Shown here one piece after another: positions 52,667 to 62,002 of a stretch of 64,000 bases of DNA. Made by a program: the position numbers and the translations under genes. The stretch's first letter is position 1, and every line of letters begins with the position of its first letter. A model generated the notes under the pieces. The model was not told where the DNA came from. It saw only the letters and a program-made list of their open reading frames with translations, and did no database searches. Source of the stretch: an uncultured Methanoregulaceae archaeon. Lineage in GTDB: Archaea; Halobacteriota; Methanomicrobia; Methanomicrobiales; Methanospirillaceae. Location: contig OY969564.1 in assembly GCA_963701095.1 (NCBI GenBank), positions 1,504,001 to 1,568,000 of the forward strand, written 5' to 3'.

Positions 52667-53262
52667 GTGCCCGGGAATCGGAGATGGGCCGTCGTGACGG
52701 CAGCTTTGAACGCGAACCGGCACGCCGGGTCTTCGCAAGCGAACTCCGGGAATGCCGGTACCAGTTCAAAGACGGCGAGGATGAGAAGAGTCCGACATTT
52801 GTTCTTCTCCCCACCGGAGAACGATCAAACAGGATCTTCCTTGTGGGTACGCTTACCGAAAAAACCCGGCAGGGTGAACAGAACATATTCTACCGGGGCC
52901 GGGTAATCGATCCGACTGGCACTTTCTTCATCATGGCGGGAAGTTACCAGCCAGAGGCGATGCAGCAGATGGCAAAGATTGAAACACCTGCATTTGTCGC
53001 AGTTACCGGAAAACCGAACCTGTATCAGAAGCCTGACGGATCGTATCTCGTTTCCGTTCGGGTCGAATCGGTAACGGTAGTAGACAAAGAGACCCGGGAT
53101 ATCTGGTTGCTGGACACTTCAGCCCGCACACTCGACCGGATTGACGCACTCACATCAGGTATGACACCGGATATAATTAAGGCAAAGGAACAGTATCCTA
53201 CGCTCGATGTTGTGACGCACCGGAGGATGGTCTACGACGCATTGGCTCAGATTAAAATTTAA
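52663..53262 (+). CDS. RPA-associated single OB-fold protein
   Basis: REPARRVFASE, LPTGE..NR, DPTGTF and AGSYQPEA. Confidence 0.88.
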   Translation: MSARESEMGRRDGSFEREPARRVFASELRECRYQFKDGEDEKSPTFVLLPTGERSNRIFLVGTLTEKTRQGEQNIFYRGRVIDPTGTFFIMAGSYQPEAMQQMAKIETPAFVAVTGKPNLYQKPDGSYLVSVRVESVTVVDKETRDIWLLDTSARTLDRIDALTSGMTPDIIKAKEQYPTLDVVTHRRMVYDALAQIKI

Positions 53263-53315
53263 TTTTTTTAAGGGTCAATGTAATAGATCTTAAAAATCCG
53301 GAACGTATGCTATGC

Positions 53316-53816
53316 TTAAAGCGTGCTCTGGTAAACGACCGATTCAGCACCGTCAGAATATTTAGCGGTTACTACAACGTTTGTGATCCCTGAAGGACTG
53401 GTGAACGTTTTGCTCGTCCCCGGGCTGATCCCAAGTGTACCTACCTGATCTCCATTGATCGATACCTGAATCTCTGTTACCTCCCCGGGACTACACGTGC
53501 TCTGCATGAGCTCAAGCCGTATTGATGCTGATGAAACTCTGCTTCCAGTGATCCCTATAGTGCACGTTGGTTGTGCCGGGATAGATACATCTGAACTTGT
53601 GGGAGACGCCGCTATCACTGGTGCGATAGTCGTTCCTGATCATGGGACAGTACTGATCAGTAAGAAGTAAACGATTATTATTACCACAATAAAACCCGTG
53701 ATCGGGATCAACAAGGTGAAGGTGCTCTTTTTCTTAAGGTTGAACCGGCAATTTGGGCAGGTTTTCTCCCGGGGCATAATGGGTGCACCACAGCGGGGAC
53801 AGGTCTTAGGTGCCAT
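53316..53816 (-). CDS. Zn-ribbon + TM + pilin-like extracellular domain protein, interrupted by an in-frame TGA at 53640-53642
   Basis: CPRCG..CPNC and TM helix; the same frame continues to VVVTAKYSDGAESVVY. Confidence 0.65.
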
Positions 53817-53893
53817 ATAATCAAGTATACTCTTCAGACACGGATAGCAATATCTACGCCTTTCGTAAAACAGGCAAAAGTTTTGGAGGGGTG

Positions 53894-54604
53894 TCACATC
53901 TTTTCAAGTGCCCTCAGGCTCGAAACTGCCCCATCGAACTGTTTTACTTCAATGACCGCAGTGGCATGCTCCCGTCTCATCGCATCCATCACGGGAAGAA
54001 AAACTATATTTCCATCACCTACGGGACTATGGGTATCCCTTTTCCCGTCATTATCATGGATGTGGAGGTGAACAAAGTGCCTTTCAAGAAATGCCGGCAG
54101 GCACCGGTTAAGGTTTGCATGGCCAATATCGAGCGTAAAAGGTTGATCCCGGATAATCGCAAGATCTTCAGGAGTCCGTAAATTAAAAAAATTCATGTCA
54201 CCCATATTCTCGAACGAGAAGGCTACCGAGAGATCGTGTGCTGCACGGTTAAGCTCGGTAAGGGATTTTTCAAACTGACGGTTAGCCTGCTCCCGTTCTT
54301 GCGCCCAGGCAAAGTAGCCAGGATGGAGGACCACTGCAGCGCCTATCTCCGCGGCTCGTGTAAAGCAGTTTGTCATAACTTCAACACTTGCTTTACGAAC
54401 ACCTTCGAAAATACAAGCGATATTTAAGCCATGATAGGGGGCATGAAGGATGAAATCGCTGGAATAGCTCTCGAAGAGTTCGGGGCTGTCCACGAAATGG
54501 GGGCCCTCGTCCATGACCTCTATAAGATTGGTGAGACGACACAACCGGTCCAAGGCAACCGGAAGCGACTCGTCTATGAGGCAATAGGTCGAGATGCCGA
54601 TCAT
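53894..54604 (-). CDS. Sugar phosphate isomerase/epimerase (AP endonuclease 2-type TIM barrel)
   Basis: HAPY, VLHPG, FENM, LDIGHA and HLHIHDNDGKRDTH. Confidence 0.88.
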   Translation of the reverse strand: MIGISTYCLIDESLPVALDRLCRLTNLIEVMDEGPHFVDSPELFESYSSDFILHAPYHGLNIACIFEGVRKASVEVMTNCFTRAAEIGAAVVLHPGYFAWAQEREQANRQFEKSLTELNRAAHDLSVAFSFENMGDMNFFNLRTPEDLAIIRDQPFTLDIGHANLNRCLPAFLERHFVHLHIHDNDGKRDTHSPVGDGNIVFLPVMDAMRREHATAVIEVKQFDGAVSSLRALEKM

Positions 54605-54696
54605 GAAAAGCGATAATACATAACGTGATATATAGATGTGGATTATGAATGTCTTTTATACGAATTCGTTCACGCTACTATGCTTTTAAGCGGGGT

Positions 54697-55880
54697 TTAA
54701 AATACTGGCATTAATCCGCGATGGGTCCCTGTCAACGATCGGCCTCCATCAGGCGTTACCATAAAAGTGTTTTCTATCCCGACAAGGCCAACATCCTCGA
54801 TCCCCTTCTTTGGCTCAACGGCAAAAACCATGCGCTCCTGCAGAGGTTCATTAAATCCTTGTGCGATAACAGGGGTTTCATCGATCCACAGCCCAATCCC
54901 ATGCCCGAGGAATTTTACCGTATTATTCCTGTATCCCATGAACCCTTTTTTGAATTCAGGTCCAAGTCCGTTCATGACGTTTGTATAAATCTCCGAGGGA
55001 ATAGCGCCAGGTCTCAGAAGTGCGGCTACTTCATCCTGTACGGCGACACACTGTTCGTGGACACAGATTGCATCATCAGGAATTGCTTCCCCAAACATGT
55101 ACGTCATAGTTTTGTCGGTCTGGTATCCTTCAAAGCCACACCCTATATCGACGACAACAAGATCGCCTTTTGCGAGTTTCCTTTCCCGCACCCGGCCATG
55201 GGAACGGCAGGACACATGCCGGAGATCCCCCCGGGGGTATCCACACAAATAGGATTAACCGAACTCATGCCAAAACCAATCTGACCAAGCAGCATCTCGT
55301 TAAACATGCCGAACCGTATAATACCCTGGTGACCCTCCCGGACCATAACTGCATAGAGTGCTGACGCAAGAGAGACCTCATCGATCCCATCTGTTAAAAG
55401 ATCCGGTACGAGATCTTCGAGAACGTGCCTGTGGATCTTCCCGGCCTTTTCCATCAGGGCAATTTCATACGGACTTTTAACCGATCTTACCGCGGCAACA
55501 TGTGCATCGACACCAATGGGTCCGGTAAAAGAGAAGTGTTTCTGCATGCGACCGTACTGGGCGATCGATACGAAATCGAGTTCAAGATGAACCGGGTTTT
55601 TTATCGGCCCCGTCGCTGATGCGGCGTCGCGGTAGCTTGCCATCGGTCTGATATCAGGAAACTGCGATTCTTTGATTGCCCGCTCCCAACTTTTCCGGAC
55701 CCAGAAGATAGCATCACTATTTCGAGGAACGAGCAGCAGTCCGTCCTGAATGGTGCCAGTAAAATAATAAAGATTAATTTTTTCCGTGATAGCCGCTACC
55801 TCCCAGTCGGGACAGGTACGGTCTAAACGGTCCCTGAAACGGACCATCCTCGCATTGAGTTCAGTGATTGGGACCTGCAT
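54697..55880 (-). CDS. Xaa-Pro peptidase family M24 (frameshift at ~55188)
   Basis: NLYYFTG, RSVKS, D..G..GYQTD, GHGIG, AVEP and GIENT. Confidence 0.88.
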
Positions 55881-55996
55881 ACTTCTGGAAGTACCATAAG
55901 CAGACCATGCTATTTATCGGTACTGAGTAGGTCGACAAAACTTCGGAATCGATTTTTAAAAAGGATAAAACAGGTAATAAAAAGAAAACAAAAAAA

Positions 55997-56674
55997 TTAA
56001 TCCCGGTGCTTGTCCGCTTCCCACCGTTCCAGAACCTCGCCGCCTTCGACAAAAACGAATCCATGCTTCTTCGCATACGCTTTTGCACCAGCTTTTGGGA
56101 GTGCGTAACCGGACTCATCGTCCAGCATCTCGCAGATTGTGATCGAAGGCGTGACACCAGCCATGCGGGCAAGTGCTACAGAAAGTTCTGTCTGTCCGCG
56201 CCTTTGGTCAAGCAGGTTGTCGGCCGCACGTAAGAGGGCGCAGTGGCCCGGAGTGCGGAAAGATTCGCTGAAATGTGTACCTCCACCATTCAACGACTTT
56301 TTCACCTGCTCTGCTACTGCAGTTATCGTGAGCGCCCGATCCCGGTCAGTGATACCGGTGAACGTATTTTTGTGATTGACCCATAGAGAAAACGAGGAGT
56401 GGTTTTTTCGGTCATACGGGATATCACCCTTTTGTTCGGCAACATCCGTATTACGGAGTACATCGCTCGCAAAGGGCAAGCCAAGTTTCTCTGCCGCGAC
56501 CGGATCGACCGCAGTACAGATCAGACCGCCGCCATCTTTTCGCATCTGGAGAATATGACGGGGTGTAACCATATCGGACCGGATCGCAAAATCAGTCTCG
56601 CCTTCCCGGTCATCAAAATCGTAGAGCAAAATGAATCTTCCATTCCGAAGAGCTTTAATCGCATCGTCAATCAT
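55997..56674 (-). CDS. ribB: 3,4-dihydroxy-2-butanone 4-phosphate synthase
   Basis: DREGETD, GGLIC, FTGITD.DR, FRTPGH, RRGQTE and CEMLD. Confidence 0.95.
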   Translation of the reverse strand: MIDDAIKALRNGRFILLYDFDDREGETDFAIRSDMVTPRHILQMRKDGGGLICTAVDPVAAEKLGLPFASDVLRNTDVAEQKGDIPYDRKNHSSFSLWVNHKNTFTGITDRDRALTITAVAEQVKKSLNGGGTHFSESFRTPGHCALLRAADNLLDQRRGQTELSVALARMAGVTPSITICEMLDDESGYALPKAGAKAYAKKHGFVFVEGGEVLERWEADKHRD

Positions 56675-57335
56675 ATGCCACCTCAATATTCACCCGATCG
56701 TTCTCTTTTAGATGTAGATCATCGCGGAGCCCTACAGGAGCAATAACCTCAACAATATCCTCGGGATAATGGCTCCGTCCGGGGACAACAATCCCGCAGG
56801 AAATATCATTGATCCGGCAGGGAAGACACCTGACACCACCAAACGTCCGACCTTCGGTCGAGAAGCCCTTGATCGGAATCCAGGTCAGCGTTTCGATCTT
56901 CTTCCGGATCGGAATATCTGATCCGGCAAGGCGGAGGTTAAGCGTCCCCGGATACGGCTCAAAACCGAGGTGTCGGAGGAACTGCTTTTTGTAGGGTTCA
57001 AGGCTCATATAGTAACGACCCTCACCGAGCCCGCTCACAACAACACCGGAAAGGGAATAATGCCCACCTTCATGGCCAAAGAGCCGGCAATACTCCGCAT
57101 ATTCACGCCTGAGTTCTTCTTCCCCTTCTTTTGTGACCGTTATGTGCTGGCCATCAGGGTTCATGGTCCGGGTAATCAGCCGCTGGTTTTCGAGAGATTT
57201 GAGCCGGCGGGACGCGGTCTGCGGACTTGTGACCAGCGCACCCGCGAGTACCTGCGATGAGGCAAACACAGGGCCACGGCACCCACCCATGAGAGCGATA
57301 ATCTTGAGGGATTCGAGATCCTCTGCCAATACCAT
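56667..57335 (-). CDS. ribK: CTP-dependent riboflavin kinase with N-terminal wHTH (RbkR)
   Basis: SPQTASRRL wHTH; SGLGEGRYY, PYPGTLN and EVIAP..LR. Confidence 0.93.
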   Translation of the reverse strand: MVLAEDLESLKIIALMGGCRGPVFASSQVLAGALVTSPQTASRRLKSLENQRLITRTMNPDGQHITVTKEGEEELRREYAEYCRLFGHEGGHYSLSGVVVSGLGEGRYYMSLEPYKKQFLRHLGFEPYPGTLNLRLAGSDIPIRKKIETLTWIPIKGFSTEGRTFGGVRCLPCRINDISCGIVVPGRSHYPEDIVEVIAPVGLRDDLHLKENDRVNIEVAYD

Positions 57336-57469
57336 GTCCATCAAAATTGAGATGCATACTATTTATGGATTGCTTTCTTTCCAACTGTTGTTGAAACCTC
57401 GACGATGTTCGTTTGTTGTCGAATGTACGTTCGTTAATTATTTAACGGGACGAGTCGACTTAGTGGAGT

Positions 57470-58180
57470 ATGAAATCCGGTCTGCGACATCAGCTCGCCG
57501 AAAAAATGGCGGGCGAAATTACGCTATCGGACTCACCAGGGCTTGCGCTAAAAAAATGGCGCCAGAACTTCGAGATTGCGCCAGGTGTCCTCTCGGATCG
57601 CCTGGGAGTCTCCCCTTCTGTAATCAGTGATTACGAGAGCGGCAGAAGAAAGAGCCCTGGAACCGCCGTTGTCGGCAAGATCGTCGACACCCTCATCTCT
57701 ATTGATGAGGAAAGCGACGGCAAACACATTAACAAATTTTCCTCCATGCTCTTTTCAGGTGTCGATGATGACGTTATCCTCGATATCCACGAGTACACGA
57801 ACCCGGTCGCTCTTGATACGTTTACCGAAGCGATCAAATGCACGGTACTCTGCGGACCCATGGACCAGACCATTTTTGGCTACACTGTGGTCAACAGCCT
57901 CAATGCTATCCTTCAGCTCTCCGCTGAAGAGTTCAACCGCATTTACGGCTGGAGCACGGAAAGGGCGCTTATATTCACGAGTGTCTCGACCGGCAAGTCG
58001 CCGATGGTTGCAATCCGGGTCACTCCATTCAAACCGAGATGTGTGATCCTGCAGGGAATTGATGCGGAGAGCGTCCACCCTTTTGTCACAAAAATGGCTG
58101 ATCGGGACCACATCACCGTCCTCTGCACAGAGATGGACATCAACAAAATTGTTAGTACACTGAGGGAGAAAGAATGGTAG
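57470..58180 (+). CDS. Archaeal HTH transcriptional regulator (COG1709-like)
   Basis: [33 protein letters not shown] and [10 protein letters not shown]. Confidence 0.85.
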   Translation: MKSGLRHQLAEKMAGEITLSDSPGLALKKWRQNFEIAPGVLSDRLGVSPSVISDYESGRRKSPGTAVVGKIVDTLISIDEESDGKHINKFSSMLFSGVDDDVILDIHEYTNPVALDTFTEAIKCTVLCGPMDQTIFGYTVVNSLNAILQLSAEEFNRIYGWSTERALIFTSVSTGKSPMVAIRVTPFKPRCVILQGIDAESVHPFVTKMADRDHITVLCTEMDINKIVSTLREKEW

Positions 58181-59226
58181 GCATCATTACCTACGGTGCA
58201 TATATACCGAGATACCGGATCAAGGTTGAGGAAATTACCCGAGTCTGGGGCGCAAATGCTGCAGATGTAACGGGGGGACTTGGAGTTTTTGAGAAGTCTG
58301 TACCTGATCTCGATGAGGACGCCGCAACAATTGCGGTTGAAGCAGCAAGAAACGCCCTAAAGCGCAGAAACATTGATCCCGAACAGATCGGTGCCGTTTA
58401 CGTGGGCAGCGAATCGCATCCCTATGCAGTCAAGCCGACAGCCTGCACTGTAGGCGAAGCGATCGGTGCGACGCCCAACATGACGGCAGCCGACTTCGAG
58501 TTTGCCTGCAAGGCAGGAACAGCTGCGATCCAGACCTGCATGGGCCTTGTTAAGAGCAAGATGATCCCGTACGGGCTTGCCATCGGTTCCGATGTCTCGC
58601 AGGGTGCGCCAGGAGATGCGCTCGAATACACTGCCGCGGCGGGGGGGGCAGCATTCATTATCGGGAACGATGACCCAATAGCCATGATCCACCATACCTG
58701 CTCGTTTACAAGCGACACGCCGGACTTCTGGCGCCGCGAGGGGCAGGATTATCCCCGTCACGGCGGCAGGTTCACGGGGGACCCGGGATACTTCAAGCAT
58801 GTGAAAGGCGCAAGTATGCTGCTCCTTGAACAAACAAAAAAGACGCCGAAGAACTACACTTATGCGGTCTTCCATCAACCTAATGCAAAGTTTCCGCAAA
58901 AAGTGGCAAAGGACCTCGGCTTTACATCAGAACAAATCAAGCCGGGCCTTGTCGTACCGAAACTGGGCAATACCTATTCAGGTGCATCACCGGTAGGTCT
59001 TGCGGCAACGCTTGACATCGCAAAACCGGGCGACACGATCTTTGTCTGCTCGTTTGGTTCTGGTGCCGGCAGCGATGCATTCGATATCGAAGTTACCGAC
59101 GCGATTGCCTCTGGAGATTTCCACCGCGATGCAGCGCCGTCGGTGCAGCAGCTCCTCAAAGACCCCATTTACCTCGACTATGCACAGTATGCAAAACACA
59201 AGGGAAAGATCGTGATGCAATCATGA
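58174..59226 (+). CDS. Hydroxymethylglutaryl-CoA synthase
   Basis: [28 protein letters not shown] and SFGSGAG. Confidence 0.96.
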   Translation: MVGIITYGAYIPRYRIKVEEITRVWGANAADVTGGLGVFEKSVPDLDEDAATIAVEAARNALKRRNIDPEQIGAVYVGSESHPYAVKPTACTVGEAIGATPNMTAADFEFACKAGTAAIQTCMGLVKSKMIPYGLAIGSDVSQGAPGDALEYTAAAGGAAFIIGNDDPIAMIHHTCSFTSDTPDFWRREGQDYPRHGGRFTGDPGYFKHVKGASMLLLEQTKKTPKNYTYAVFHQPNAKFPQKVAKDLGFTSEQIKPGLVVPKLGNTYSGASPVGLAATLDIAKPGDTIFVCSFGSGAGSDAFDIEVTDAIASGDFHRDAAPSVQQLLKDPIYLDYAQYAKHKGKIVMQS

Positions 59227-60389
59227 GAGACGTAGCAGTTATCGGAATCGGGTGCACGAAGTTCGGCGAAAAGTGGGAAAGCTCGTTCCGTGATATCTTT
59301 GTTGAGGCAGGAACGCTTGCCCTAGAGGACGCGCAGCTCTCGGGTGAGAAGATCGACGCAATGTACGTCGGGAACATGAGCGCGGGCCGGTTCATCGGAC
59401 AGGAACATATCGGCGCTCTTATCGCTGACTATGCCGGTATGGCAACCCGACATATCCCATCAACCCGTGTCGAGGCCGCATGCGCATCGGGAGGACTCGC
59501 ATTTCGGCAGGCTGTAATTGCGGTCGCAAGCGGGATGGAAGATATTGTGGTCGCAGCAGGCGTCGAGAAGATGACCGATGTCGGATCGGATGAAAGCACC
59601 GATACGCTGACCGGCGCGGCAGACCGCGAGTGGGAAGGCTTTATGGGAGCAACATTCCCGGGCCTGTATGCAATGATCGCAAACGACTACATGCACAAAT
59701 ACTCGCTGACCCGCGAGCAGCTGGCGCAGGTCGCAGTAAAGAATCATTACAACGGGGCAAGGAACCCGATCGCTCAGTTCCAGAGCGAGATCACGCTTGA
59801 CACTGTGACGAAATCAACTATGGTCGCAGAGCCGCTCCGACTCTTTGACTGCTCACCGGTAACTGACGGGGCAGCTGCGGTGATCGTGGCACCTCTTGAC
59901 CGCGCCCGCGAGTTCACGGATACACCAATCAGGGTTCTCGCAAGTGCTCAGGCGAGCGATACAATTGCGCTACATGACCGGCGCGATATCTCGACGCTCG
60001 ACGCTACGGTCGCTGCAGGGCAACGTGCCTTTAAGATGGCACACCTTTCGCATAAGGACATCAACATGGTCGAAGTGCATGATTGTTTCTCGATCGCGGA
60101 GATCTGTGCGATTGAGGATCTCGGTTTCTGTAAGAAAGGAGAAGCCGGAAAGTTTACCGCGGACGGCGAAACAGCTCTTGGCGGCAAGATCCCAGTCAAC
60201 ACGAGCGGCGGGCTCAAAGCCTGCGGTCACCCGGTCGGAGCAACAGGCATCAAACAGGTCTATGAGATCGTCCAGCAGCTCCGAGGGGAGGCTGGGAGGC
60301 GCCAGATCGAAGGTGCAAAAATCGGCATGACACACAATGTGGGCGGAACCGGCGCAACAGTCGCGGTCCACATCCTCGGGGGGGTATAA
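59223..60389 (+). CDS. Acetoacetyl-CoA thiolase
   Basis: [24 protein letters not shown] and GHPVGATG. Confidence 0.95.
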   Translation: MRDVAVIGIGCTKFGEKWESSFRDIFVEAGTLALEDAQLSGEKIDAMYVGNMSAGRFIGQEHIGALIADYAGMATRHIPSTRVEAACASGGLAFRQAVIAVASGMEDIVVAAGVEKMTDVGSDESTDTLTGAADREWEGFMGATFPGLYAMIANDYMHKYSLTREQLAQVAVKNHYNGARNPIAQFQSEITLDTVTKSTMVAEPLRLFDCSPVTDGAAAVIVAPLDRAREFTDTPIRVLASAQASDTIALHDRRDISTLDATVAAGQRAFKMAHLSHKDINMVEVHDCFSIAEICAIEDLGFCKKGEAGKFTADGETALGGKIPVNTSGGLKACGHPVGATGIKQVYEIVQQLRGEAGRRQIEGAKIGMTHNVGGTGATVAVHILGGV

Positions 60390-60390
60390 G

Positions 60391-60783
60391 ATGACGGTAG
60401 CACGGTTCTGGAGACATATCCCCCAGCGGTACAACATGGTGGGTACAAAATGCGAGCGGTGCGGGCGGCACTTCTTCCCACCCCGGACATTCTGCCCGGA
60501 CTGCCGCAGAGCAGGAAAGATTGTCGAGCATAAGTTCTCGGGTTCCGGCACAGTCGTTACATTCACAGTGATCCACACCGCAGCCGAACAGTATTCGATG
60601 CTGACGCCGTATGTGCTTGCTATCGTCAAGCTCGATGAAGGCCCACAGATCACGACCCAGGTCGTATGCATTCCCGAGAGGGCAAAGATTGGGATGAAGG
60701 TAAAAAGCGTTTTCCGCAGGATCGTCACAGACGGCGAAAGCGGTATCATCCATTACGGGACGAAATTCGTACCGGCAGAATAA
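60391..60783 (+). CDS. DUF35 Zn-ribbon/OB-fold scaffold of the thiolase-HMGCS complex
   Basis: CERCG..FPPR..CPDC and GII.YGTKF. Confidence 0.93.
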   Translation: MTVARFWRHIPQRYNMVGTKCERCGRHFFPPRTFCPDCRRAGKIVEHKFSGSGTVVTFTVIHTAAEQYSMLTPYVLAIVKLDEGPQITTQVVCIPERAKIGMKVKSVFRRIVTDGESGIIHYGTKFVPAE

Positions 60784-60844
60784 TTTTTCTCTTTTTTAGA
60801 TCGAAATTCACCACCAGTAACTTACAAAGGAGTCATTTTTTTAA

Positions 60845-61651
60845 TCAACATTTGTTACCTTTCAGAAATGTAAGTACCATTTCGCTGAATCGATTCGGGC
60901 ACTGGTACATCAGTCCGTGACCTGCGCCCGGAAATACGGCAAGTTTGGCATATGGGATCCGACAGCTGATCAGCCGGGAGTTTTCCGGCGGCACCACAAC
61001 ATCCTCATCCCCGGTAATAACGAGTGTAGGTGACTCTATATTTTCAAGCCGGGATAACGATCCTCGCCATGAGGAGAAAGCGGCTAATTGCCGAGTGCTG
61101 TTCTCAGTGCTCGTAATCTCTCTGACCTCCGGGCAATACCGGAACGGATCGTGAGTGGAAAGCCAGGCGGGCGGGAAAAGCAACGGAAACATGCGTTGGG
61201 CCACTTCCTCCATAGTCCCGTTCTTGTCTGTAAGCCGGGCAAAAATATCCACCGGAGCTCTCACTGCATCAGCGCTCCCGCAGTCCCCTGCGACAAGAAC
61301 GAGACGATTAATTTTCTCCGGAAACGCGAGCGCCAGTTCCTGTGCAATGCACGCCCCCATAGAGAAACCAAGTATATGGGCCCTGGAGATACCAAGAGAG
61401 TCCAAGAGAAAAGCCGTATCTTTTGCAAAGAGCGGGACCGAGAACTGCCCCTCCGGAACAACGGAATCCCCCGTACCTCGATTATTAAAGACAATGACCC
61501 TGAAATGCTTAGAAATTTTTTCAAGTACGGGTGGGTTCCATGTATCCATCGCAGACGCAAGGCCGTTGATAAAGATCACCGGATACCCTGAACCATATTC
61601 GTGGTACGCAAGCGTTGCATAACTAGGAGGGATTGCAGTTACCTGTACCAT
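60845..61651 (-). CDS. Alpha/beta hydrolase
   Basis: GFSMG nucleophile elbow, GDED and GAGHG. Confidence 0.9.
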   Translation of the reverse strand: MVQVTAIPPSYATLAYHEYGSGYPVIFINGLASAMDTWNPPVLEKISKHFRVIVFNNRGTGDSVVPEGQFSVPLFAKDTAFLLDSLGISRAHILGFSMGACIAQELALAFPEKINRLVLVAGDCGSADAVRAPVDIFARLTDKNGTMEEVAQRMFPLLFPPAWLSTHDPFRYCPEVREITSTENSTRQLAAFSSWRGSLSRLENIESPTLVITGDEDVVVPPENSRLISCRIPYAKLAVFPGAGHGLMYQCPNRFSEMVLTFLKGNKC

Positions 61652-61728
61652 TGAAACGACATAGGATACTTGATCTTATGAGCATTCTCAGTGTATGCAG
61701 TGGACTGAACCACTCGCGTTAGAGGGAA

Positions 61729-61896
61729 CTAGAAAATATCTGACAACGATCCATCCAGGTTTAAAATAAAGGTCGACCCACAACCGCCACTACCCGAGCA
61801 CATGCAGAAATGTCCGTCGGATCCAAGATCCTCATGGACAACGATTGTGTTTTCCCGCTGGCAGACGGGACATGCGGGAAGATTACGGTGGACCAT
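61729..61896 (-). CDS. Small Zn-ribbon protein (55 aa)
   Basis: MVHRNLPACPVCQ...CMCSGSGGCGSTF. Confidence 0.5.
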   Translation of the reverse strand: MVHRNLPACPVCQRENTIVVHEDLGSDGHFCMCSGSGGCGSTFILNLDGSLSDIF

Positions 61897-62002
61897 GCTT
61901 CTTATTTTATTGCACTTAAGGAAAAAAGAGATTGCGGTATAAGTCATTTCATGTTTTTTTGCTCGATGGAAATGTGGTCTTTTCAGGATTATTCCCAGTT
62001 TT

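Noticed and set aside
53640..53642. Selenocysteine readthrough of the in-frame TGA
   Set aside because: Position is a Ser/Gly/Thr linker rather than a redox Cys site, and no SECIS-like element or Sec machinery was seen in the window
10591..55188. About 16 split genes read as pseudogenes or programmed frameshifts (htpX, trpE, cbiA, ribL, porA, thermosome, dys and others)
   Set aside because: Each is repaired by one base with intact motifs on both sides, several are housekeeping genes, and no shared slippery heptamer is present; consensus error is more parsimonious
59970..60749. Long antisense ORFs (259 aa here; others opposite thermosome, Kae1 and RPA)
   Set aside because: Shadow frames of well-conserved genes, with no motifs of their own
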